A DNA stretch of 64,000 nt from the NCBI RefSeq assembly GCF_009914755.1, contig NC_060941.1; one strand, 5' to 3'. Below the pieces are notes generated by a model that was not told the DNA's origin, did not search any database, and saw only the letters and a program-made list of their open reading frames with translations. A program made the translations under genes and the position numbers. Positions 37,774 through 64,000 of the stretch are shown in pieces (the first letter of the stretch is position 1; every line of letters starts with the position of its first letter). This DNA comes from the human T2T-CHM13v2.0 reference genome, Homo sapiens.

Positions 37774-38820
37774 GTGCCAGGGCCAGAGCCCAGGAGGGGC
37801 GCTGGGTGGGCGTCTGGCCGGCTTCTGCCTTGCACCGGAGCAGGGGTGCCTGGTGAAACAGTCAACCTGATGCTCTCTGGGCCCTGCCCACGTTCCCCTT
37901 CCATCCACCCTCCTTTGCATCTTTCTGTGCCTGGGGGCCCCATAGGAAGCGGTCACATCCAGACTCACCAGGCCTGAGATGCTGGAGGATGGAGAAGCAC
38001 TTGCCACCGGAAAAATCCTCCAGGAACACATGAACAAAACTTCGCCTGCACCTGGGACATCCTTCCTTACGGCTGGCCTACGAGGCAAGTGTTCTGCACA
38101 CGCTCCTTGGCTAACTCCAATGCAGAGGAGCACGTGAGCCCAACCGCCATGGCAGGTGCAGATCTTTGCCTCCCTTTCACAATGACTGTATTCAAATGAC
38201 ATATCCTGGAAGCCTCTTTCTGATAGGATGAGAGCAGACTCTGTACTACAACACAGATTGGATAAGTCTCCAACTCCGATTAGTGAAGATTATCCAGTCA
38301 GAGATGGAGACTATTATCCAATAAGAGTTGTCAAAAAAAGTTCCTTCTCACCCAATCAGAACCAAGCTTACAAGTACAGCAGTTGCGTACAGCCATGATA
38401 AAAGGGAAGCGAAGGCCCATTCCGCCATTTTCTTTTCGTGGAGGTTGGGCTCGCGTGCTTCTCTGCGCTGTGGTCGTCATGGACCGGAAGCGTGTGCGGC
38501 GCGCCTGCCTTGAGGCCAACATCAGGGAAGGGTGTCCCAGGTGCAGAGGAAGCGTCCTTCACGTGTTCCTGGAGGACTTTCGGCTCGCAAGCGCTTCTCC
38601 ATTCTCCCAATGTCTCGGGCCTGGTGAGTCTGGATGTGAGCGCATCCCACGGGGCCCAAGGCACAGAGAGAGAGAGAGGAACGGGGTGGAGGGAGGGAAG
38701 CGTGTGCAGGGGCCAGGAGCGCCAGGCTGCTCTGGCTTCCCGGCCCCCGCAGCCCGCCAGGAGCTGTGGCCCCGCTTGGGACAAGGCAGAGGCCTGCCCT
38801 CCTGCTGCTGGCGCTGTCAC
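37774..38820. promoter_or_regulatory. Diverged inverted duplication forming a candidate bidirectional promoter with two first-exon-like units
   Basis: Arms ~37774-38283 and ~38294-38820 are reverse complements. CCAAT boxes at 38257-38261 (-), 38318-38322 and 38352-38356 (+). YY1-type CCGCCATTTT 38422-38431, ETS-type CCGGAAG 38484-38490. CTG|GTGAGT donors at 38624 (+) and 37968 (-). Confidence 0.65.
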
Positions 38821-39599
38821 CTCCCTGTGGTCCTGCCTTCTGGGTCCCTGAGGGCCTTCTGTCATCTGGAACTGGAAATAAGTTAGTGAAGCGAAGTTTT
38901 GTGAATATTTATTGGCCTTTGCGTCTTTGTCTTCATTTTCAGTGCTGGCTTTTCTGTTGGGTCATTTGTGTTCTTACGTTGATTTGAAGAATTTAAAAAG
39001 GTATTCTATAAATTAATCCTTTACGGGGTCATTTCTAGTGCAGATAGTTGTTTCTTAGTCTGGTCATTGTACCTTAATTTTATTTAACATTTCTTTCTTG
39101 CTGTACAGTATATTTACATATACTGTAAATCATATGCTTTTCTATTTTTCTGCAAATAGGATATTTTACATGAGCTATTTTTGGATGTTAACCAATCCTG
39201 ACTTTTTTAGTATATCCCACTTGGTATCCATGTGTTACATTTTCATATGTGGTTTAATTCATATGTTTTTTTTTTTAGAATATTTGTATTTCTGTTAATG
39301 AAAGAGAGGGCGTATAATTTTTTTTCTAATGTCCTGTTCAGATTGTGGTGCCAACGTAATGCTGGCTTCACAAAACAAACTGAAAAATATTTCCTGTATT
39401 TCTTCTCTTTAGAAGAGTCTGAGAAATTTAGGTGTTTTCTTCCTTAAATATTTGGAATATGTCTTTAGACTAGGTATGGAATTTTCCATGTGGAACAGTA
39501 TTTTTGTTGGCTGGTTTGACTTCTAATAATTCAAATCCTTTGGTATATGTAGGAGTTTTCTTGTTTTATGTTATTTCTGTGCCCATTTTACTAAGTTTA

Positions 39600-41380
<1,781 letters not shown>

Positions 41381-43944
41381 CCAGCTCTGTTTATTAAAAA
41401 GGAGATACATACTGTTTATGAAAGAGGTGACATAATTTTGTTTATTTGTGTCCCATAATGTGTCCTGGTCCAATTGTGTCCTCAATGTAATGCCAGCTAC
41501 ACAAAAAATTTTTTAAATATTATCTTTATTTTCATTTTAGTGTTTTTCTTTGTATGGACTATTCTATAATTATGAGCTGGGAATTTTTCATTGTTCAGTT
41601 GTTTTTCTGATTTTTGGTAGACTGGACATTTTCCTGTGTTTCCTGACCATTTGCATCTCCTCTCCTGCTCTGTGCACTATCACCCTGCTCCAGCTGCTTC
41701 CCGGAGCCTCCCTCCTTCCTCTCCACCTGCCCGCGTCCTCCTTGTCCTTCAGTTTCTTCCTAAGGGCCCATGGGCTTTCTTTGGCTTTTACGTTCCTCTC
41801 ACTCCACCTTTGACAGTTGCTGGGCTTCCCATCCCCTGGGAGGTTTCAGAGGATGGGGAAGACAGAGGAGTGCAGTTGCCATGCAGTGCAATATGGGCCA
41901 TAATGTTCATCCTCCACGGCCTGTATTGAGGACTTGCTGTGTGCCAAGAATCTGCTCTAAGAATGTAACTGTGCTCCCTCACTTCATGCTCATAACCACC
42001 TGTGAGATGGGCAATGTTCTCATCCACTTTTACACAGAGAACACAGAGGCACAGAGGAGTTTCATAAATTGCTACCAAGGCCTTCCGCTGGTGTGCAGCA
42101 GGGTCAAACCCAGGCTGTCTGGCCCTGGGGTTCAGCCTCTCAAGTGCTCTGCTAGATGTTGGACAGGACAAACGAGACACAGAGAATGAACACCACCTGA
42201 CTTGGGCTGGGGAAGTCAGGGATGGCTTCCTGGAGGAGGTGACACCTCAGTGGAACCTTGAAGGAGGAGCAGGAGGAGCTGACCAGGCAATGAATAAGTA
42301 TGTCCAGGAAAAAGGAAAGGCCTGAGTGATGCTGGGAGGCTGGAGAGCTGGCCTTGGGTGTGTGGCGGAGGGGGGGCAGGAGATCAGGACCAAGGGTTTG
42401 GCCAAGGCCAGATCTAGAAGACTCGGGCCATCCCATAGTTGATACCTTATCCCAGGGCCAGGCAGGCCTTCCACTGCTCTGTGCGCACTGGTGGGCAGTG
42501 CCTCATGGGATGCTAGGAGCCTAGACCCCAGCCACCCACCTGGGCTCCTGAGACCCGAGGTGCAGGCACGGGGCTGGGAGGGGTTGCAGCTGATTTACAT
42601 TCAACAGATTGAGGGGAAAACTGCAGGTGCCTCGCTGTGCAGATGGAACCCACCGCCAGATGGACCCCGGAGACAGCCTAGATTCACAGCCTTTCCCTGC
42701 TGCTCTGTCCCCACACCCCAGGCGGGGAGCAAATCTTTTCTCTGATCATCTTTTGTGCTCACCACCCATATCCCAGACATGTACCCGACCAGGGGCTCAA
42801 ATACATACAGTTTCTGAGCGAGCTGGATAAGGCAGTGACCAGAGGCTGCCTCGACACAGGATGAAATTGCCCAGTGCTCTGGCACCACGAGTCAGAACCC
42901 AGCCAGAACTGTGACCTGGCAGTGGCAGAAGCTGTCTGGTGCTGCCAAATCAGCCCTGGCCAGTTGTTCATTGACCCCCTCTGGGACCTTGGCTGAGCCA
43001 CTTCCCCTCAGCTGTAAAATGAAGAAGACTGTCTTTCCTATTAGATATCCCTCAAAAACACAAAAGTGCTTTGAACCTGCCAGACTCCCTCTTGAAGAGT
43101 CACAAGAAAAGGCTCTGAGAAGTCCTGCAGGTAAAAAAATTTTTTGACTTTCTTTAACCCAACATTTTTCAAGCTAATTGACCACAGAGCTCTTTCTTGG
43201 TGCAACACCTGTTAACCGGCCAAGTGTGTGAGGAGGCACAAGTAGAGAGCTCTGAGAATCACCCTCCTTGGCTGCTCTCTGGTCTCAGGGTGCAGGAAAG
43301 AGTCTCCGTGCTACATCCCAGTCTGCGGTAGTCCAGGGTGTGAGCCCAGCCCACAGAGCTAGTGTCAGAGAGGAATTCCCTTTCTTCCCTTTCTGTTAAT
43401 GGAGCTTCTCCCTCAAGCTTCTACTCCACCTGGCTGGTGTCAGTCTTAGGGTTTTCATGCTCCTCTTTGGGCTTGATGGGGGTTCTGGGATTTTATGTAG
43501 GTTGAGATAGCAGTAGAGGAGGAAGGGCATGGACAGCTTCTCTGATCAGTTGGGCATCTGCCATCAGGTCAGTCGGGCATTATCTCCCCCTCAGGTCCGG
43601 TGGCTTTGGTGGCTTCCAGGCCATGAATGGGCCCTGGAGCCTCCCCAAGGCTGCCCTTGTCACATAGGATCCACTGCCGGACTTTACTCAGCCACTGCTT
43701 CACACTGTGGCAGGGTGGGTGGTAGCTCCCTCCTTCTCCACTCCCCAGCCCAAACTGGGGGAGAATTAGGAGTCTGTTTTTAATTTTGTTTGATCCTTTG
43801 ATTTTAGATTTGCTTTTGAATAGATAATATAGTCAGATGATTTGAAACTCAGAATGTATTGAAAGATTATTAATAAAGTCTTTTTTCCCTCTTTGTCCAC
43901 CAACTGCTCCCTTCTCGCCTCCCCTCGAGTAAGCAGTTTTCTTA

Positions 43945-48680
<4,736 letters not shown>

Positions 48681-49813
48681 ACAGTGGAATACTATGCAGC
48701 AACTAAAGTAGCCACCTAGCAGGATGTGTACCAGTATGGATACATTTTGAAAACACAGCTAAAAGCAAGGTGCAAGGGCATAATAAGCATAGATGGTGAG
48801 GGATAGAGCATATTACCATGTTACAAACCCGACACTCTAAAAGCACAATATAGTATATATAACATTGTGTAAAACACTCAAAACACCCAGAACAATACTA
48901 GGCATTATCATGGATACATACATATATAGTAAAAGTGAAAAACCATTCAAGGGATGACCACATAGCAATTTTAGGATAATGCTTATTACTCTCTGAGGTG
49001 GGAGGGTACATTGAAGCTTTAAAAAATTCTTCCTAGAATAAAAAGATTTTGCAAGTGTGGCAAAATTTAACTATTGTTAAGTCTGAGTACCTGTTTATCA
49101 TTATTCTTGGTAGTTTCCTGTATATTTAGAATATTAACAATCAAAAATTGAACAGGTGGAAGGACTGTACTGTGCCACTTTTCTGCTTCTGGTATGTGTA
49201 TGTTTCAGTGCTCTGTGCCTTCCACTGTGGTTCTCTATCAGGTTCATAGTGTATTTCTCTAAAGAAACATTGTAACTTACTGCTAAGTATCTTATGGCTA
49301 AGGAGATTGAAGATCAGCCTTGCTTCAGGGGCGTTGTTCACAGCTCAGCAGCAGAGGGCGCCACCCCATAGCTGATGTGCGGTGGGGCGGCCACACCAGG
49401 CAGCCCTCTTGGTACAGGGCCAGTGCCTCCCAGGGAAGCACTGCTCCCCCAGCTGCAGGAAAGAGGAATATTTAAATGCGTGCAGATTTCCCTTTCGCTT
49501 GTAGGAAGGGGTACAGAATCCAGCCATTTGGAAGCATACATCATGTTTCTCTGACTGTTCGTGGCCTCGGCTGTTTCTGAGGCTAATAATGCAAGAAACA
49601 GCACATGCCAAAGGCGTCTTTGCCACTGTGTCCATGAGCCTGCTGCTGACTTGCCAGGGGTTTTTTGTGATGTATTATTTTAGATTGAGGGGGTTCGTGT
49701 ACAGGTTTGTTACATGGGTATATTGTGTCATGATGGGGCTTTGGCTTGTAGTGGACTGATCGCTGCGGGAACTTTGTTGTTAAACTGACCAGGGAACTTT
49801 CCTTTTATTTTAA

Positions 49814-54699
<4,886 letters not shown>

Positions 54700-56591
54700 G
54701 TGAGTCTAGTGGGCACCCAGGCCATGCTTGCTTTTCACTTAATTACTGTGCGTGGGGCTCCCTGGTAGGGATGAGACGCTTCATGTCTCTCTGTGCAAGG
54801 CTCTGCTGTTTCTTTTCTGGGATCAGTCTGCATTACCAGTGCTACCGCATCACTAGGAACATTCCATCCAGTGCCCAGTTTCTGCCATGCTTAGCAGCAT
54901 AAGGGGCTGCTAAGCTTCTCACTTACATATGAAGGGCCAGTTCTAGCCAAGTATCCTGCTAGGCTTAAAGAATAGAAGTCCTGTCTAGGATGCTCCTTGA
55001 ATCTTAGTATTTATTAGTGCAGGGAGTGCACACTGATAAATACGAACCCACCACCTTGCACAGGTCACTCCCATGCAGTGGGAGAAGCTGGAATCACTCC
55101 TGAGGGGAGGAGCCACCAAATAAGGACACATTCCTCCCGGCCCAGGGATGTGCCTACTTATTTGACAACACCCATGGGCTACTTCAACAGGCCTTGACAT
55201 AACTCACTTTATTTTAAAAAGAGTGGAAAACATGCATTTGGCTGATGTATGACATTCCCCTCTGCTCTGGATGGGAAGAAACACATAGCCTATCAGCCCA
55301 GAGAGCTCTGCTAATAGTGACATTTAAGAGTATTTGGGACTACAGTTGCACCAGACAAGATCATTACTTTATAGCCGGACCTCTACCCTCTGGCCACCAA
55401 AGGATGTGGATTTTAGGAAAACTAGATTTTGCAGTGTTCCCTGTTGAAACAGCAGTGAGGGCATTCAGGGTGGCCTCTGTGTCTGCTGTTGTTTGTTTCC
55501 CTCTGTCTTGCTTCCCTATTGTCTGTCATTGGAAGAAGATCCCAGTCAGAACTTGTGTTGCTTCACATGGACGCTATTTTAATGATAAATGGTAAAAGGT
55601 AAGTCCTAAGTTTCCATGGTAGCCCTGAATAACCAGGTTCTTGTATGAGCTGCTGCATTTCTTATGTATACTGTGAGACACAGGCCATACCATGCAGTGT
55701 GAACCCTGGTATTCTAGGAAATCTCCGCATGCATCCTGGCAGTTTAGGACTCCCTATGCTGCATCCTGCATCTTCAGTCTTAACGTCATTGTTTTTTTAA
55801 ACACAGAATTTTCTTTTTTGATTTTCCGGTGATTTGCAACATTACTTTCTCAATATAGCAGTTTAATCCCTTACCACAAAACAGTTCAAATTTTGGAACT
55901 GACACCAATGAGAACGTGTCATGGTACTGAAATCAGGCATCATGATGATTTTGCCTGCCATTGTGTTTGGCAGGAAGTCAGACAAGTGCCAGTGATGGTT
56001 TCTTGTCTGATTTTGCACTTCTCTGGCAAGCTGTCACCTCTGAAGAGTTGACTATTGGGTAATTACTCGCTCATGGCTCGGTCACTCCTGGAACCTACCC
56101 CATGAGCAAGAACTAAAACCAACTCACACCCTCCAAGCTCCCGAAGCCAGCCAGTGTTTCCATCTTGGCTGAATGAGTTCTTGATTGAAACTCAATTTGA
56201 CTTTGGCAGTCATCTAATGAGAACTCAAAAGTCATCCTTGGTTCAGCCACAGCAAAATAACTTGCAGAACATTCTCTGATGAGATCTTCAAGTACAACTG
56301 AGAGAAGGTAAGAACACCCAAAAAGCACCTGGATCCTGACACGGGATTACCTGGTTCTTAAACTGTTTGCCCCCATGGGCACTCGCGGGGATGGTTGCAG
56401 CCATGCTGATAGGCATGAGATGAAGCACCCAGGCAGGAATGCAAATCAGCATTTATTGCCGGAACTCAGTGGCTACACAGTGGGATATTATCTAACTCAT
56501 CAATGATCTTCAGCCCTGTTACACTTTCAAAAATATTTGTATTTCAGAGTTAGAATAAGTGATGTTAAGGTATATGGGGAAGGAAGGTGGT

Positions 56592-56679
56592 AGCCTCGTC
56601 TTTGCAGCCAACCAGCAGTATCTCATTCTCAGCCTCATCTTTGCAGCCAACTAGCAATATCTCATTCCCAGCCCCGTCT
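56592..56679. repeat. 39-bp tandem duplication
   Basis: AGCCTCRTCTTTGCAGCCAACYAGCARTATCTCATTCYC, two copies plus a partial third. Confidence 0.85.
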
Positions 56680-58689
56680 CCTGCCTCTGTTAAAAGAGGT
56701 GGGAAAAGTGAGTAGTTTTCAAGGTCCGTTTAAGCTCTGCTATTCTCTGGACTGGTTGTTCAGCTGACCTTTCCCTGGTGGGAGAGTCAGAAATTCCTGT
56801 GCCAGCCTTAGCATCTTTCTGATACAATCCTTTGAACCTCTTTGACACAGTGGTTTCCCCATTGTTGATGAGCAGTGCATGACACAAGGCTTCTCTAACA
56901 GCAGCGGGGAAAGACCTCTGCATTTACTGTGTTTGTTTATTTCTCTTGTTCTGAAACAGTAAATGCTGTTATTTCAGGGTGACTTACCTAATTCTTACAG
57001 TGTTTATATAACACCAGTAAACATCCATGGAAAACATCTTTAAAAGAGATCATTAAACACACTTAACATCTGTGCCTAATTAATGCTATTGGTATCTAAA
57101 TAGAATGTCTGTGATTCGAATGTGTTTTGCCTGCACCACCAGTTCTTGGGTTGTCCCCTCTCGGAGGTGAGCACTGTGGCAGCACAGCATGTGCAGACTC
57201 CGCTGGAATTGGCTTAACTCCGTGTGTGCACATCAGTGTCAGCCCGAGCGTCGCTGCATGTGCCCGCACTGCCCTCTGTGTTGCTCTGATGGCTCTAATG
57301 GGTCACAGCCGCTCAGCACATGTTCTCTAGCTGCTGCAGAGAGGGGAAGGGCAGAAGTTGGAGGTATAGATTCTTGGGTCCCTAAGGTCCCTTTTCAAGC
57401 TCTCTCGCTGCAGATGCTCTGGTACCGACCCCCTGTCCCAGGTGGAGGGAGCCCATTCCGCTAAGGATTCCTAAACAGTTTCTGAACAGACTTCACCTTA
57501 GCACCCATGACGAACAGGGGCTTCTGGCATTTAATTTGGCCCTTAATGTAGAACCTGGTCCTCTGATATCCTCTTACTGTAGCCAGCCTTATCTGTTGAC
57601 TCACATAGTACTTTTTTTTATAGTTTACATTTATGACATAGATACACAGTCTATAATTCTAAATAGCTGTGTCTGCCTCCCTATTCCCTAATCCGCATCT
57701 TTACAGATTTGAACGGTGTGGACATAAGCTTCTCTTAGGCCTTTAGGATTTTTAGGTTGAAATTATGAAAGAAAAAAAGTTTTTTGGCCTTGACAGTAGA
57801 GGGAAGCACAAGCCTCTCTGTAAATTCTGGAGGGGCCTGTGGTGTTCATCATGGGCATCTCTGCTTCACCACACAGTTCTTTGTTGGAGAAGTTCTGGTG
57901 GAGGAGCCTAGTACAGGCATTTGTAGTCTGACATTTTTTTTATGTCCGAAAACCTTTGGCTTCCAAAAAATTGGAGCAGTAGGAATTAAAACCCATTGGC
58001 CTATCCTGGACATTAGCTTGTCCCTGTAGGACAGTGTAAGCTGGAAATTCTTGCGTTTGTGAACTAAGACCGTGTTGCCTTAGGGTAACTCCTTTACAGC
58101 CTCTCCCTCCCCATTTCTATTTTCACCTCTCCGTGGGCTCTGTCAGCTAGCAGAGCATTTGGTGGAAGAAAGACAGCCCAGCTCTTCCCATGATTGGGAG
58201 CCACAGCCATCTCTGTATGAAAGGGGGAATGTGTAGAAGAGAAATTACCTCTTTATAAAGAGCCCAGGTGTCTCCTTGTGACATTCACTGTTTCTCGGAA
58301 TCATTGCCTTTGAGTCTGCTTTTTGTCCACATTTTGGAATCAGCTCACTGCATGATCAAAGATGATCCTTCGCTTTTTTCTTTTTCTCAGAAGCTTCAGC
58401 AGTCTTTTATTTGGAGAATAAAATGAAGTTGTACTGAAAAAAGAAAGTACAGGTCTCATGAAGAAGAGTTATTTGCAGCTGGAATGTTGAGAGGGCACAG
58501 TGGCAGAGCAGATCTGAGTAATGCTTATTCCGAAGAAGTCAGAAAGTTTGGCTTCCTTCTGTGGGGTCTTGATTGTGCCTCTTCACACAGGGTCTGACTT
58601 CATTACCTCATCTGAAACTAAGTACCACTAAGCTTTGGTTTGATTTCCAGAATCTTGCTGGGCTAAACACAAGTAGATGTTTCGTTCAT

Positions 58690-59197
58690 TGTTGGGAATA
58701 GGCCCCCAAAATCTGGCCATAAACTGGTCCCCAAACTGGCCATAAACAAAATCTCTGCAGCACTGTGACATGTTTGTGATGGCCATGACGCCCACGCTGA
58801 AGGTTGTGGGTTAACCGGAATGAGGACAAGGAACACCTGGCCCACCCAGGGCAGAAAACCGCTTAAAGGCGTTCTTAAACCACAAACAATAGCATGAGCG
58901 ATCTGTTTAAGGAGAGCATGCTCCTGCTGCTGATAACTAGCCAGAGCCCATCCCTTTATTTCGGCACATCCCTTTGTTTCCCGTAAGGAATAGTCTTAGT
59001 TAATCTATAATCTATAGAAACAATGCTTATCACTGGCTTGCTGTCAGTAAATATGTGGGTAAATCTCTGTTTGAGGCTCTCAGCTCTGAAGGCTTGAGAC
59101 CCCTGATTTCCCACTCCACACCTCTATGTTGCTGTGTGTGTCTTTAATTCCTCTAGTGCCACTGGGTTAGGGTCTCCCGACCAAGCTGGTCTCAGCA
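58690..59197 (+). mobile_element. MER9 (HERV-K9/HML-3) solo LTR
   Basis: TG...CA ends. Starts TGTTGGGAATAGGCCCCCAAAATCTGGCCATAAACTGG like MER9a. 6-bp TSD GTTCAT/GTTGAT with one mismatch. Confidence 0.85.
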
Positions 59198-59954
59198 GTT
59201 GATCATAAAGGATGCTGTTAAGCCAGATAGGTAAGCATGGTGACAGTGGCAATAGAAATCTAATGGAAAACAGTTGAATGACAACTACACCAAAAGCCTC
59301 ATGGGTGAAACTCAGCCTGGAAACTTAGTGTTCAACTCAGAGCGATCCACAATTTTATGTGGATTTTAAACTTCCAGAAATGTGATTTTAAACTTCCAGA
59401 AATACCTGTGTTTGTGAAGATCCAAATCCATTTCAGCAACCTCCATCAGGCAGAAACCTCCTGCAGTTCTCAGCATGGAGCTATTAGCTATCCAAAGGAA
59501 AGCTAGTATCTATTTTATCCAAAGGATGAGACAAGGCAAGAGTTACTGTCTAATAAAAGGAAAATTAGGAACAGGAGTGCTCTTTAAACTCAGGAAGATG
59601 TTTTGGGGTGTCAAACCAGACAGCACAGAATCACTAGAAACATTAGCTTGGTGTGAGAAGGAAGAGACATTGATATCTTCTGTGTAAAAATAAATACTTG
59701 CGAGTAGGACTGCAGATTCTGGGAGCTCTTTATCTCGTATTCAGAGTTGTTGGGATGATTTAAAACTCATTTGCTGGATGTTTTTAAATATAAACAGTAA
59801 GAAAACTGCAACCTCAACTTAAAAGGCACCACTGTATTTGCAGCCCACATTTTGTCCTATCTTTACTCCAGGTACTGCTGAGTATTTTTATCTGTAAGCA
59901 TTTGTAAAATGCTAAATAATGTTGTTATACAGAAGCTCGTGTGCTGCTTAAGGT

Positions 59955-60267
<313 letters not shown>

Positions 60268-60415
60268 TGCTGCTTGAGTTTTAATCACCAGCTATGTTTC
60301 TGCAGGCCCTTTATGTCATTTTGTTCTACATTTTTTCATGAATATAGTTTCAGAACTTCAAAGCCTCCTCAAATAATAGAATTTGAAGGAGAAACAAGCT
60401 GGACTTTAAATATAA

Positions 60416-60812
<397 letters not shown>

Positions 60813-61372
60813 ATAAATTAATTTTTAAGCAAAACTGTAGAATCTCAGAAAATATAGTATGGACTTTTTAGTCTAGATGTGTCTTGTTGAAATTTAAAAA
60901 TGAATAGATTGGTGAATTAATGTATTGGATTTTCTCCTAATTATGAAGTAATATTTAGGTATACTGGTAGCAAAATGGAGATGTGTCAAGAAAAATACTA
61001 ATCTTTCTCCTCCTTCAGTACTCACCCTGCAAGGTAATCACTGGTAACAGTGTGTATATTTTTTGTTAATCATAAAATGTATAGGTTTCATTTATATATG
61101 TTTAAATATAAACAGGACTGTGTTCTACACAGTATGCTGCACCTTCACTTTTTATTTCATGTAACATGGGCATCCTTCCAGGTCAATACATACAAAGAGA
61201 ACTCATTTTAAGAGCTGCATGGCCTTCCACAGGAGGGACGTGCCCTGGAATATTCAAATATTGTCTTACTAATGCCAGCAAGGTTATAGTTTTCTTTGTT
61301 ATGAATAATGCTATAATACGAGTCCTTATTCATATAGTCCTATATAGTTGTGATTTTATTTTTATAGGATGA

Positions 61373-63345
<1,973 letters not shown>

Positions 63346-64000
63346 AAATATTTGCATCAAGCAGGGCATTATTTTGTTCATCACCTTCTCTTGCTGAAGC
63401 AGATCCAGGTGTGGCAGGGCCTGACATTTGGCCCAGGTCAGTGTCTGGATCCTGCTCAGTTCCACTGCCTTTACCTGACAGTGCTTAGGATCTTATGACT
63501 GAAACGCGTTGGAAGGCTCTTGAAGGTGCATATATATTACATATTGAAAGATACAGAAGCTCAGGTAGGGTAGAAAAGGGTGAGTGCCTAACGGGGAAAT
63601 TCACCTGTGCCCAGTTTGTTCTCTGCTTGGTGAGCCTGGAATACAGAGCCAACTCTCTGGGTCTACATTTGCGTGCCCCTCGTCCATTTTAGATGCACGC
63701 CATGGCTTTTCCTGCCCTGTCCCTTGTCACTACTGTCCTTTGTGTCTGGGGTAAACCAACCTTGGCCTCCTCAGATGTAAATTCCTCTTGTTCCCGATCC
63801 TTTGCCAGAACGCCCTGCATCTCTCTGGGCTTCTCGTGCTCCTCACCAGCCCTGGCCTTCTAGGGTGGGGGACATTAGTGGAGGGTTTCCCTGATCTCCA
63901 TTTTCTTTGGAAGGGATTTGGGGGAAAGCTCTTGGTATTTTATTTTAATTTCCCCCCCACCACATACTCTCTATTAGCAGAAATTCTTCAAAGTGTAGGC

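Noticed and set aside
37678-38886. 165-174-aa ORFs on both palindrome arms as protein-coding genes
   Set aside because: Reading frames are not conserved between the two arms, they run through splice donors, and they show no recognisable domain.

Overview
Primate, very probably human, euchromatic DNA. The gene content (IL6ST and MEIS3 retrocopies plus a duplicated SPECC1 fragment) matches, from recall, the low-copy repeats of chr17p12/p11.2. No ordinary spliced protein-coding gene is visible. The main structure is a set of nested retroposed sequences. An 8.75-kb processed IL6ST (gp130) pseudogene (3307-12062, TSD AAGAAGTGCTTCC) sits in an old L1M and carries three later insertions in its 3' UTR: an AluY, a 24-nt Alu stub, and a MEIS3 retrocopy (6570-8562, TSD AAGACTTCAGAG). 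The MEIS3 copy still has an uninterrupted 358-codon ORF with an intact TALE homeodomain. Other elements: a tailless 5S rRNA pseudogene; a 5'-truncated L1PA; a truncated RPL29 retrocopy; fossil ERVL-like pro/pol; a ~1-kb fold-back inverted duplication that looks like a bidirectional promoter with a first-exon donor on each arm (37774-38820); three decayed SPECC1 exons with introns; a MER9 solo LTR; and about 35-40 Alus, one of them AluYa5. Comparisons with parent genes and repeat consensuses are from memory, not from an alignment.
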